From positions 1-64,000 of the forward strand of contig NKIB01010176.1 of the NCBI GenBank assembly GCA_002256025.1: 64,000 nt of DNA. Reading direction: 5' to 3'. Position 1 is the first letter of the stretch. Each line of letters begins with the position of its first letter. This DNA comes from Asterionella formosa (taxonomy: Eukaryota). Below are positions 1 to 12,430 of this stretch, one piece after another. The notes under the pieces are model-generated. The model searched no databases. It was given only the letters and a program-made list of their open reading frames with translations, and was not told where the DNA came from. The translations under genes and the position numbers were made by a program.

Positions 1-2470
1 TCATTTGTCAATAAGTAAACATCTCCAGTCATTTACCAATAAATGACGAGATGTTTTGGGTCTTGGTTTCTAATCACTACTAAGAATATTGATTCTCGAT
101 TCGTTGGATTCCATATATTTTATCACCCTCTGAGCATCAGAATTGTTCACATCTGATTTTGTTGTTCTACTATTGTTGCCTGTTTAATTCGATGTTTATT
201 CTTTCCAAAGTGCACGGTGCAAAATATATTTGGAACTCCTCCGTTTCTTGAGACAATGCATATTCTATATAGTCTATCCACACTGGTGGAGATACACATG
301 TGCCTGCCTTTGAGTTCTGGACCGTTGCCAGTTCTGTGAGTCATAGGCCTCTAGTATTACATTGACTTTTAGGATAATTGCATGCCATCATGATGTGTTC
401 GTTTGTATCTCTTTTTCCGCATATCAGACAAGTTTCTATGCCCTGATAGATTATCTGTTGCATGACTCCCGCCCCATTGGGAGCCAGCCATGCAAATATT
501 TGTAATCATTGTCTGTGCTGACCTCTGCTGAATTGTATATGCAGACAATAACTTTGCCAGTCCACGAGAAGGGCTCTTTCCTTTCTGTGTTTAGCGGCAA
601 AGTATTCCTGATTTTTTCTATGTTTTATACTACTCTGTCTCATATGCTCTGCCGTTGCCATATGTATGCAATTGTTTTGTATTAGCAATCTGGCCTGCAT
701 GGGTAGATAGTGTATGGAGCATTGGCATTCTTGTCTACCCAATGCTACAAATTTGCATCGTTCGAGGAAGTTGGTTGCAATAGTGTCTGCTGTGATGTTA
801 ACTTCTGCTGACCAAGAGAGCTTCTTCATCGTGTTGTTGCTATCTTGATGCGCTTTAATCCAGTGTAATTTAACTGTTATGGATATTTTATTGATTGCTT
901 CTGCCAGTAGCGACACTATATCTGCATTTGCTGGAGGGCGTCTAGTATTGCTGCTCCACACTAGGAAATTAATCCTCCTCGATAGAGCTACAGCACTATC
1001 TGGCCAGATCTGCACCCGTGATGAAGTATCTACTTCGTGATAGCGGAAAAATTCACTAATGAATATGCTAACTGAGGAAAGGTCGAACAGCTCTGCCCGT
1101 GTAGAACTATTCTGTGAAACATCCCCATCTACTGGTCCCACGCATGCTGACGTTTTTGTGGGAATGGAAGTTCCTCTGCTGTTTGTATGCAGCGTCGCTC
1201 CATGCAAACGAGCATCTAGAATCTGATTCCATGGAACCATCAGTGGCCACTGAGATATTAAGGCCTAACTTCCTTCAAGTGTCTTCGAAGCCGTATTTCA
1301 GAAATGTTAGACATAACCATATGCCGCAAAAGCCTTACTGCATGTTGGGGTAGCAACCTCATTTGACTGCCAAAAGGTTTTTTCTACTGGCTTTCGAGTC
1401 CACTGGCTGGCTGGTTGGTAAATACTTTCCTCTAATATATGCAATCCTTCCATTATCATTTCATCACAGGGGAGACTGTTGTCCTGGGGTGGTGCTTCTC
1501 GTGTTATTCTCCCCCCTTTGCTTCTATCAAATTGTAGAGTCAGAGGAATTTCTGATTTTTTAATGTCCTTAGGTAACCATGTCTCACTCTTTTCATATAA
1601 AAACCCATAGTTTTTTGTGGCAATTTGGATTCATGTTAGCCACTTTTTCCCGGGCGGTTTAGTCCATTTCCTCAGTGGTTAATTGAGATTCAATTTGTGG
1701 ATAGAAAATATTTTCTTATTACTGCCTTGCATTCCTGTTTTTGTGCCTCGGTTGGGTTCGGTTGTTGTCTCGGCCACTCCCGGTTTGTCTGTCTATGATT
1801 AAGTTGTTCACAGTCCGAGGATATTTCTGATCATAAACATCGCCCATCCGCGATAGTAATGTTCGCCACTAAGGAGACTTGAAGATACATTCTGCAGGCA
1901 TTTATGTGGAATAATCTAGTTTTACTCAACCCTTAGTTCGCCAGCGTTTGCATAATCATAGAATCTTTAGTGCATTGTAGGCCTGGATTCCACGAATTGC
2001 TGATTTCTACCTGGAAATTGTGGTTTCCTAGAAATTTCCGCATCTGTGTGAGCCCTGTTGTCGTTAAGTATGACTGGCACTGTCATGGTTAGATACATAA
2101 GTAGTGGTTCGGCCCTGCATGATGAAGTATCCATCATCTTCGTCACCAAGCGAGAAGACAGTCAATCCACTGCTTGGTTTTTTCTATGGAGGCGATAAAA
2201 AGTTTCTTCTAAAGAGCCACCCCACTTGCATATCATCCATGCTTTGTAGATTATATTCGTCTTAAAACATCCTTTTTCCCTTTAGGAAGAAAGGAAGAAT
2301 GGCGTGTTGCATGATGGTATATCCTTTCTGGGATTTTTCACGTTGCTATTGCGTTTATATGCTGACTTTTTGCCTTCTTTGAAGTCTAGATATCTTTGTT
2401 GACCCACCGGATTGAGTTTAAATACCTCCTGATGTGAAAGTTTGACTGTTCCCTGTTCCAGATTAAGCAT
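1..2470 (-). mobile_element. Decayed non-LTR retrotransposon (LINE) 3' part with RNase H domain, copy 1
   Basis: Minus-strand fragments, broken by stops and frameshifts: INACRMYLQV..ANITIADG (~1830-1910), ISVATDGSMESDSRCSFAW (~1200-1258), NSSTRAELF, WPDS and LHWIKAHQD...NITADTIA (ORF 506-1240). These are the RNase H motifs (TDGS/E/D/WIKAH/AD) of RNase H-bearing LINEs. The outer boundary is approximate. Confidence 0.8.
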
Positions 2471-2559
2471 CTTTGTTGTTAGTCACTGCCGATATTTTAT
2501 TATGTTCTGAAAATTTTCAGATTACCAAGAAAGGTTGAAAATCTTTCAAGGATGATGAT

Positions 2560-3330
2560 AAAAAAGGATATGTTGCAACTGCTCCAAATATAATAAAAAG
2601 CAGCATGACTCATACTACCAAACAATTAATGTCTTCATTGATCAGAAACATCGTCAAGATGTTTTGGATGTTAACAAAAAACCGACTATGAGTGAGCTGG
2701 ATGAAATTAAATCTCCCCATAAAGCAGGTTGGGAAAAATTATCATATACCTGCATGGACATGAATGATGGTACAATTGGATCATGAAATAGCTGCTGGCT
2801 TTTTAAGCAAGAGATCCATTTGTCAATGCTTGTTTCTATTATGATTGTGGCGGGGAGTTAAACTGATAATGAGGATGGACAGGAGCTCACTGCATCAAGG
2901 AACATTCGAGAGATTGAATAAACAGTTGGACAAGAAACTCCATAGTACACATGACAAATGTCAATGAGGTTTCCATCCCTGGCAAGCCAGCAAACGGCCC
3001 ATAGCGAGGATCAAATCCGGATAATTATGTTGAATGGTGATGTTTATTCCGGAACTTTCATTTGAATTTATAGCATCAAATATGATGGATGGTTGAAGCA
3101 GCTCCAGTAGGCGATTGAAAATTTCAAAGTACATGTAATATTCAAGATGAAACCTTTTCTCGTGGAGAAAGGTTGTTGTGACATTATCATTCCAGTCAAG
3201 TCTCTGATGCTCCCATTTTGGTGATTGCACTGACTTCGAGTTTCCATACCAGGATTCCCAAAATGATTATGCAACTGATGAAAGAAACAGAAAGCTCTGT
3301 CGGCTTTGTATTGCCTGTTCCGAATCAAAA
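2560..3330. mobile_element. PIF/Harbinger-like DNA transposon remnant
   Basis: Minus ORF 2961-3230 (FHLEYYMYFEIFNRLLELLQPSI...YPDLILAMG) resembles the N-terminal FxxxxRM...LLxLL...LRYLAGG region of Harbinger transposases. A convergent plus-strand fragment (~2620-2745, LINVFIDQKHRQDVLDVNKKPTMSELDE) may be the accessory ORF. Confidence 0.5.
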
Positions 3331-4205
3331 GTGTCTGTGAAACGCCTAGCTGTCAGGTCCTTATGGTCGATTTGTCATGGTCACTTGAGTGATGATCATT
3401 GTCAGGCTAGTTGTAAAATTCAAGGGCACATCACTATAATTTTGCTGAGTCTGATGCACATGTTTGAGGAGATAAGAAAAAACATCTAACGAAAGAATAC
3501 ATTTTAATTGGACGTCGTCTTTTTGCTTCCAAGTGTCCAAAATTATTCTTTGGTGTAGCTATGATAAGTACCAACAAACTCATTCCTGAAATTGCATTTC
3601 AGCTTGGAACTTTTGAGCCTATTCGACCTCGACATTACTGGCAGATGGTTGACATTGTGGTGTTCTTGAGAAACGAGCTTGGAAGGGTGCAAGGGTCATG
3701 ATGGAAGTAGGATGATGAGAACTTCATCATTGCAAGACGCAGTTGAACAAGCGGTTGCAATGCTCAGCAAGTACAAATTGACATAGCGTGGCCAAGAAAT
3801 CTTGATATCATATTTTGCAATGGACATTAGCTAGACTCCTAGACTTAAAATGACGCTACACACACTAAGTTTTGTTGTCAATCCAATATATGAAAGTCCA
3901 CCATGTATAGAATCCTTCCTCATAATAAAATGAGAATCATTTATTCATTTCAATGTAACTGTTGAGCCTACCTAGTCTAGGTTAGACCAGACGATATGTA
4001 GAAATATATAAATGTAAAAGCACAATTCCTATCTGATTACCTACTGTAGAGAGACACGTGAGCTCTCAACTCATCTAGCTCAATAGGCAAGGCTCAGGTA
4101 TTATTGCAATAGCCGAATATACATTATACATTGTGAACCACTTCAATGGATGACTTGAACACGAACCTTCTGGAATTGGTTCACTTCGTCGTTCACTCTT
4201 TCAAT

Positions 4206-4661
4206 TTACTGCTTACTTCGATTCCCTGATGCTGTATTTGCCATCGGATTCTCGCGCAGTAGCACGGACCTTTCCAGATGATCTTCATCTTTGTTTCCAA
4301 CATGTAGTACCGTACTCATGCGCTTGTGCCACCTGATCTTCTTGGTCGAAACGCGCCGACACTTGGAAACTGTGGTAACGTTGAATTGGCGGTACAGCCG
4401 ATTCACAGTATCAAGCTTGCGGGGTACTCCGTGAAAATAGGACGATGCTGAATGAAATCTTCGAAGCGTATGGGGGCTCTCATATTCCCTGTCAAACTCA
4501 GCTGATGACGATTCGATTGGAATGGCGATGATCTCATTTTCGATGTCTTGAAGATCCCAGATTTTCATTCCCCACGGACAATCATCCACCTGTGCTTCTT
4601 CGGTAAGGAGGAGTTCCTCCACTCGTTGTGATTTAGCAGAAAGATGCTTGGGGGCATCCAT
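4206..4661 (-). CDS. Hypothetical protein (~151 aa, MDAPKHLSAK...)
   Basis: Open frame 4206-4910. The ATG at 4661 is my preferred start because the sequence becomes CpG-rich and coding-like from there. No recognisable domain. Confidence 0.55.
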   Translation of the reverse strand: MDAPKHLSAKSQRVEELLLTEEAQVDDCPWGMKIWDLQDIENEIIAIPIESSSAEFDREYESPHTLRRFHSASSYFHGVPRKLDTVNRLYRQFNVTTVSKCRRVSTKKIRWHKRMSTVLHVGNKDEDHLERSVLLRENPMANTASGNRSKQ

Positions 4662-5159
4662 GGTATTCGCACTGATAGTGTTGTTTGTCAGAACCCAATC
4701 TGTCAAACAAAAAAGTGACCTTTTCATACGCACATTTGATAGCATAAGGAAAACCGAGGCGCACGAGATGAAATTTCGACCTCGCCATACATAGTATGTT
4801 CCACATGCAGGCTGATGGCTAGATTTAATTATGGAACAATGATAAGGTGACAACAATTTAAATATTAATGAATTGATATACCGGTAATATATGCCAGTCA
4901 ATTTATTCAATGATGTGAGCGTTCAAGGCCATATAATATGAATAAAATTCCGGCATACCGGTATGTAATGCTAGTACCAGCGCTATGCTTAACATGACTG
5001 ATGTACCCCGGTATGCAGACGACTCCCATGATGTTAACAAATAGCGGAACCATCCAGCCGATGGATCATCGATAGTTCCCAGACGTGAATCTGCGAAAAT
5101 GTTACCTGGTACCTGGTATCACTAATCCTACCGGTAGGTACTCCCGCTTCACTACCAGA

Positions 5160-7604
5160 TTCCTGATACATATTTAGCGGTGGTATCATGTACCACTATA
5201 AAAAAGGTAACATGATTGTCAAGCAAGTAGGAAATATTATAAACAATGAAGTAAGCACATACCTTAAGTTCCTTCTCAGGAGCTCTACTTCGAAAAAACA
5301 GTTCATTACTAGCAATCATCTCAGGAGAGTGAAGGTTTTTATGGTAATGATGCACAAGTTTCATAATGCAATTAGGGTTGCGCATGTCCTTGATCATTGT
5401 GCACTTGCTCAAACTGGCATACCTACACTCAGTATTCTGTTGAGTAAGTTCATTTTTTCTGTGTCACTGGGATGAAGGACCACAGTGTGCAGTCCATTAA
5501 AAATACTGATGGTCACCTTATTGAATGTCAACTCTGACATTTTGATCAGCACCACAGTGCACAGTCCATTCAAAATACCTATGGTCACTTTGTTGAATGT
5601 CAATTCCGACATTTTGATCGACCCCCTGATGCGAAATTCCTTTCCAAGCTTTCATACAATATACTCGATGCAGTTTTTGTAGTCCTCAAAAGTTAAGAGC
5701 CTAGCAATAGTAGCTTTGTATCCTCGTCACCATCACAATCCTTGGATGCAATCCCCATATTCCTCTTGAATACTATGCCTATATCTCACCATCTCGATTG
5801 AAATATTTTGTCAGAGATTATGGAATACTTTGACAGGAGAAGACTAGGAAAAGGGTCTTGAGCAAAGTTTTGGAAGTGTTTGGTTGACACATTGCACTTG
5901 CAATGACTTCGGTATAGGCAGCATAATCAAGAGCCAGGTTCAATTTCTTTTTGAGAAGAGGCAAGTGGCAAAGTAGAGGTCGCACACATTAAAAATCGAA
6001 TTGGTGACTGGTAGGCAATTGCTGCGGCACAACAAATGAAATCGTCTATATCGAATGTTGCTGTTAGACGGGTTGGTGTCAAAATTTCCGAAGGAGGCCA
6101 TGGTATTTAGGAATTCTTGACAGTGCCTCGAAGAATCTGTCTTCCATAAGGGCAAAAGTCTTGCTGCATTTTCCCGTGTTGTGATTCATTGCTCGTATAA
6201 TTGCTGCTGTCTAATCACTTGATCCATAAACAGTAGCGGAAGCTTGGATGGCAGTGGCATAATAGTCGGAGGCTGAAATGCTTTGTTGAGGAATTGATGA
6301 AGCGCTGGGAGTCGACGATATGGCGGGATATGATTCGGTAGCAGCAGAATCAGATTCAGAATTAGATTTCAAATCTTCATGATCACTCCCAATTTTGAAA
6401 GGAATTAAGTATAATAAACCATTGGGGGAATACTGTAAGTATGAAACAATCAACAGTCAACAAGCACATGATATACTACCTATCTTTCTTAGCTTGTATG
6501 ACATGCTGGGACAACGCGGTACACCGGTTCTTCTCAGCTTCCTTTTGCTTGGCAGACTTCAAGATAACTCGTTGGGAGCGGCGAATTTTCGCTGCTATTG
6601 CAGTTGATTAAAAGCTTTAGAAAGTGAGAAAATTAATATTGTGACTAGAAAGCAAAGAATAGTGCTATTTTAGAGAGGAGTAAAAGCCAACAAAACAACA
6701 CTCAATGTTGCTGCCAAGAAGGTCTCAGATCAGTGCCATCTGTAGAATGCCCCCTCAATTGGCCTTTTGAATTTTGATCCTAAATGAATGATAAAACTAA
6801 TTATGGATGAATCATCATGTGATTCATCAGTATTCATCGAATTTATCAAAGCAGGTGACCTCAAAGCCTTGCGAGCGAAATTTAGCAGAAAGGGGAACCG
6901 AAAATTTCGTGCCACCACGACAAAGCAAGTATTATGCAACAATATGAATCTAACAGGAAGTTGAATCATCCAACAAGCAGCCACATCCATTAGATGATGA
7001 GTCGATACTTGAGTCATCAAGAATGAACTGAGTTTTTGTAAGGATTGTCATGGTTGATGCAGAGGAGCATTGTAACAAGGAATTGCCATCAACACTTTAC
7101 AGAAAACCATCCTTTCGTGCCTTCATGTGGTGGTTCATCTTACTCTCTTCCATTTTTGGCAGTCCATTTTCCATAAGTTAACAGCAGTCCATAGGGGGGC
7201 AATAGATATCAATAATCCATTTCCCTTGTTAAACAAATGGTACTTCATTTCCGCAAGCAAATCTAGGGGCTGTTGAAAATATTGAAGGTCATAGTTTGGC
7301 AATCGAAAAATGGAGCATATGAAAAATACAAAATATATTTTATGTGAAGGTCAATTGCAGGATTGAGGAATTCAAAAAGGAACATATGAAATATATAATT
7401 TATGTTTTATATGAAGGGCAACTGGTTAGTTCGCATCCAACATACAAACTTTATAAAATAGGTTTTCAATGTTAACTGAAAGGGCAATATAGTGGCGAAA
7501 AGCTACCGATAGATCTATTTTGTGAATTGCTGAAGGCAATGAAATTTGTGCCAATTGCCCCCTGGTTTTCCAGCCCTGGGATTGCCGGAATCGGCAAGGG
7601 GTCT
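5160..7604. mobile_element. Decayed DNA transposon, right end with terminal repeat (same family as the Harbinger element at 43029)
   Basis: 7552-7604 is the reverse complement of 43029-43081 (49/53 identical, AGACCCCTTGCC...GGGGCAATTG). Subterminal motifs of the type AATACAAAATATATTTTATRTGANGGNCAAT at ~7320-7490 also occur at 43110-43220. The left boundary is uncertain. Confidence 0.55.
5481..5619 (+). repeat. 72-bp tandem duplication (2 copies)
   Basis: CACAGTGTGCAGTCCATT...GACATTTTGATC begins at 5481 and again at 5553. It is also visible as the repeated peptide MSELTFNKVTI. Confidence 0.9.
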
Positions 7605-7739
7605 TCTTAAGGAAACCACTTTTTATACTATTCAGATTTTAGTAATTTATATATAGAATTCACCTCAACTTTTGTCGCCTGAAAAGTGACTCCGGAAATT
7701 CACCTTTCACCATGCCGATCATCGTCCATCATGCCCATT

Positions 7740-9880
7740 CTGAAGCGAAATTAGTTCATTGATGACGCCAGCGGCGGTTTGTTGTCAAACAAAATGCTCC
7801 AGTGATATCAACCATTGCTTCATCACGGCTCTCCATTGCGTCAATCACGCAGGACGAATATAAGGATTCTTTTGCAACAGCTGGAGAAGAACTGGCGTCC
7901 TCTTTGGTAGTAGTGTAGGCTCGCTGTTTGCGCCCATCTGCGCATCCATGGCCCTTCTTGATGGTGCCGTTTCGTTTCTGTTTCAGGAGCATCCTATACT
8001 GCAGCGCTGCTTTTTTTCTTGTGTTGAGAGTTCGGTTTGGTTCCAGGGCTGACGCACTTTCCTATCATGCAGCCGCTGCTGTAACTCTTTCAGCACTGCC
8101 TCAACACCTGCATCTCCAAAAAGTTCGATTCTCTTTTTCATATTATGTTGGGTCATCACAATATTTTCCAGTGTTGCATGTAGGTGAATATAGTCTCTTG
8201 GCTTCCTTGGCCTCAACTGGTATGTGCCTGTTTGGACCCCATATTTATTGTCCATTTCCTGTTCAATGGTGTTGGGTGGTTCTTTGTCTTCATCATCAGT
8301 CAGGAGGTTTTTGCCTTCTTCTTTGTCAGTAACTGCTACTTCATTTTCGACATCCTCTATTTCAGTGTCATGTGCAACAGTATGTTCTGCTTCGACTTGG
8401 TACACTCCTGCAATGGGAATGTAATCATGATCATCATTGCCATTGTTTTTATCGAGGGAATCATTATCGGAATCGTATTCATAACAGGCGTCTGAGTGCT
8501 CATTGGGATTTTATGTCTCATCATCAGGGTCATTGCTCTCCGTGTCAGGATCCAAATAAGGGTTGCCAAGCCTATCATTGTACTTGATACCCTGAGACCC
8601 AGCATTTCGGTGGGCGAGCGCATGGACCCTATCAATGACCTCAGCTCCTGGAATTGGGAGGCTAGTCCAGTGAATACGGTTGAGTAGCCTGCCAGCCAGT
8701 TGTGAGGCTAAACAAATAGTATCCACCTTGGGTATTTCCAGTTGGGTGTAGCGCAATTGCTCTTCCTGGCGGTGTAGTGTGAGCTGTCATGGAGTTATCA
8801 TGCTCTTCATGGAACTGGGCATGTGTGCCAAATTCAAGACAGCAGTGTTTGGCATAGCCAAGCTGTATGCCAATAATAATTCTACATGGGCTCAGAGTCT
8901 CCGATACACCACCAGTGGTGGGAAAACTATTTAGCCAGAATATAATGTGGTAGAAATCATGTTGGCATTCTCTTAAATGGAAGAGTGTTGTAGACACCAC
9001 ATCAAGCCCACTCCTTCACAGTACAAATGCATTGCTCCACCTCAGTCACATGTTTGTTATTGGAAACAGTGTTGAGCAAAATTTTCATGTCAGACATTAC
9101 ATCCGGACCAAGGATGGCCTCAACGGGGGCCAGAATGTCATCCCATGTGACTGGACAGTTTGGAAGTCGATTGTTTTCTACAATCTTAATAAATTCTCAT
9201 GTACTTGGTGGCCTTCCAATGATGTTTTGAATTTAATGAGCTAGACAGGTGGTGTGAGAGTAGTCACAGTTGGTATAACTAGACTTGTTATCATCTACTG
9301 TGTTCACCATTGCCACGCCATGTCTGTCATCAGCACTGTCAAGAAAAAAAGTATAGTCCGCAATCTGACTGCTTAAACACTCAAGTCATTCCATTTGGCT
9401 TATGGATCACAAACTTCATTCCCATTGTTGCTGTACACTAAAAAACCCATGTTTCTTCATACAGGCCAGTGACAGGATGTTTGCAACACTATTGGGATGG
9501 TACCACTCCATGCCATACTCAGGCAAATCTCCAATCATATTGGTGCTTGTCACACAAGCATTACAATGAATATTGATGTGGTGGCATCTACTTTCCTGAT
9601 GTTTTTTTTAAGAAAAACTGTGCATTGTAAAACACATCCACGGTGGATTGACCACTATCTAAGAAAAGTATCCAGCTCTTTGGAATCTTCCTGTGCTTGT
9701 TCAGCTTCAGACCCACACCATCATTTGTATGCTGTAGAAATTGGAAGCTCTGCTCTTGGTCAATCTCATCACTGGACAAGCCTGACGTCATTAGCATGGT
9801 AGGGCCACTCCTCTGGTGGTCCTCATTCCATTTATCAGCATAGTGACCCTGCTTCCGCATTTCTGGTGGGATCATGTGGC
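7740..9880 (-). mobile_element. Decayed Ty1/Copia (diatom CoDi-like) LTR retrotransposon pol: protease, integrase, RT N-terminus
   Basis: Fragments in Copia order on the minus strand: protease-like WILFLDSGQSTVDVFYN (9588-9875), integrase-like IIFWLNSFPTTGGVSETLSP...HCCLEFG (8662-9000), and RT start KQKRNGTIK.GHGCADGRKQR...SSPAV...VDITGAF (7756-7992). There are many frameshifts and the RT is truncated. Confidence 0.9.
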
Positions 9881-9883
9881 AAT

Positions 9884-10096
9884 ATACAATCCTGAAACTA
9901 TGATGATTTACTGTCCTGCTGCAGTAGCAACAGTCATGAATATATGGTGTTCTGTTGCTTGCTTACCACTCCGACTATCCTTTTTCAATTTTACGATCAT
10001 ACAATCCTGAAACTATGATGATTTACTGTCCCACTGCAGTAGCAACAGTTCTGAACATATGTTGTTCTGTTGCTTGTCGCTTAATACTCTGACTAC
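9884..10096 (+). repeat. ~115-bp period tandem duplication
   Basis: ATACAATCCTGAAACTATGATGATTTACTGTCC...GCAGTAGCAACAGT...TGTTCTGTTGCTTG starts at 9884 and again at 9999. Confidence 0.9.
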
Positions 10097-11339
10097 CCCC
10101 AGTAAATCACTTCCTACCTGCTACTAGTACTCTGTATATATATGATAAAATGTTATTGACATATGATGTACCAGTACACATGAAGAACTCCCGCCCAAAA
10201 AAGGGGCTTAAATAATTTGCTACCAACATCCTTGCGTATAAATGATGATACAAATGGGTTATGACTTACACCAATTGAATGGTCTAAATTATTAGTTGTA
10301 ACGGACATAGAAAATATTGATGCAAACAAATTTCAGAAACAGTACCGGTACACAAAGTTGTGGAAAACAATGGACATATGGTGCATTGAATATTTTCGAA
10401 TTATTTATATGCAAATATGATCATCTCAACAATACCAGATGTGCCATATTGAGAGTGACTTTGAATTTTATTAAAGTACGACACTTGATATATCTATATA
10501 TTTACAAATTTTATAATTACATACATGGCAAATATATTTGAAATCGTTCTGTCATGTTAACAAACAATGCCTGTTTCATGAAAAGAAATATCGTAGTCAA
10601 GCATATGACAAGGAAAGTTTACGCAATAATGAAAAACATTATGGCTTCGACAACATTGGATACCTGAAACTTACTTATTCAAGAATTTACTGACAATTTA
10701 TTATTACAAACTTATGCATCAGTTGCTTTGATTTGTGGTAAGTGAAGCAAGCAAGAGGACACGATGGAATGGCGTGATGTTGTGTCAGTGTAACATGCTT
10801 AGCTAACAAGTCATTCCTTCTCATTGTTACTGAAACTGCATAGTACAATAATACCGATCAAACAACGGAATAGTCGGCGTCTTCAGAATGACACTAACAG
10901 CAGGGAAAGAGACGCAACATTAGTAAGGCATTGCTTGGCACAAGATTTAGAATAGAGGAAGAAAAGGGCGAGACAGGAATATACATTGAGACGAGTGGAG
11001 AGTAGAGAAACATTCCTCGGCAGCTGTCAAAACAGAAATATCGTTGTTAAATTTGTTTATTAAATTACAATCCATTTCAATCTATTTTGAACAATTCCTG
11101 TGATTAGAATTATGATCATGTTTAAAATAGATTTACGATGAAACAATTCACATGATAGCATAGAGTTGAGCTGATTTTAGGATGCGTTGTAGTAGTAATT
11201 TTCATCTGGCAATCACGAGAAGTGAAAATAATATGAGAAGGTTTATGATATTGATGAGAGATGTTGTTGATCAGTTGATATACATTGTGTGATGATGATG
11301 TTCTTATTATCATTATACTTCAAGGTCGGTAAAATTGCA

Positions 11340-12430
11340 GTAAATCATCATAGTTATTGGATACCTTGATCATAGTTTTGATCCAAAAATTATCATAGAT
11401 ACGAAAATCCTGTGCTACTTAGCATATGATACCCTTGATCCTAGTATATGCATGATACTTTTTATTTGCAGATGTTTGTTTTTTCGTTGTCCATGATTAG
11501 GAATTTAAGTCCTTGCATGCTCTGGTGTTTGATACCTTCCAGAAATTTACAAAGTTGTGTAAAACCATCAGGTTGGACATTTAATTCTTCCATTTCATTG
11601 TTGGAAGTTATTTGGACTGCGCAATTCTGCTCAAATGTGATTTGAGATCTGTTTTCCCTGTAGAATGCATTATTAATTCTTGCATCTGCATCTTTAATCC
11701 TAGGGTTGCGTGAATCTTGACCGTCCATCATTGTTATAATCATCTGCCATGCTGATCTCCCATTGTGTGTGGAACGGTAACGGTCAACAAGTGCTTCCAT
11801 CATGCAACCAATTGTCCAGCTAGTGAATTAAAACTTAGAATAATTCATAGTTGTCTGCCTGATACTAAATACTCCTGTGATGTGGGGTATCCCTGATAAT
11901 CACACTCATGTCGTTGTCTTCAGTTTCAATTTATCCTTGTTCTTCTCTTATGAGGTATAGAAAAGGGACATTGTTGCGATTGCGGCGTTTAGCCATGTAA
12001 GCAATGAGCTCTCGTTTTCTCTTACGCCAATCTTGTGGTTTGCCAAGCCATGGTTCAGGTTCTTTAATATTGCGGACATTGCTCTTTTCTGAGGTTTCAA
12101 TGGTGCGCTTTTGGCCATTTCCAACCTGTTCAAGCATTTTTGTGAGTTCTTCATTTGTAAAATAGTTTGAAGATACATTTCCGAAACCTTCATTTCCTCG
12201 TTGTTCTTTGATCCACATCTTAAATGCCACCATCAGTCGCATTTTCTTTCCAGCTGTAGGACAATTGTTGGCTTGAAAACATGACAGGAGAGTTTCATCA
12301 TCAACATATGAGAGTTTGGATGACATTGAAATGTGTACTGCATGATCAAACGATCTGCTTGTGCTTCGTTCAATTGCACAATGTGAATTAGTGTATTTTT
12401 AAAATGTGCCCTTTCGCCTGGCAATCTTCA
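11340..12430 (-). mobile_element. Decayed Copia-type gag fragment (second element)
   Basis: Fragments EPEPWLGKPQDWRKRKRELIAYMAKRRNRNNVPFLYLIRE (11931-12326) and NGRSAWQMIITMMDG...ARINNAFY...ITFEQ (11462-11803). These resemble diatom Copia gag motifs (G.PL.YVIR; DGR.AW..L). Confidence 0.7.
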
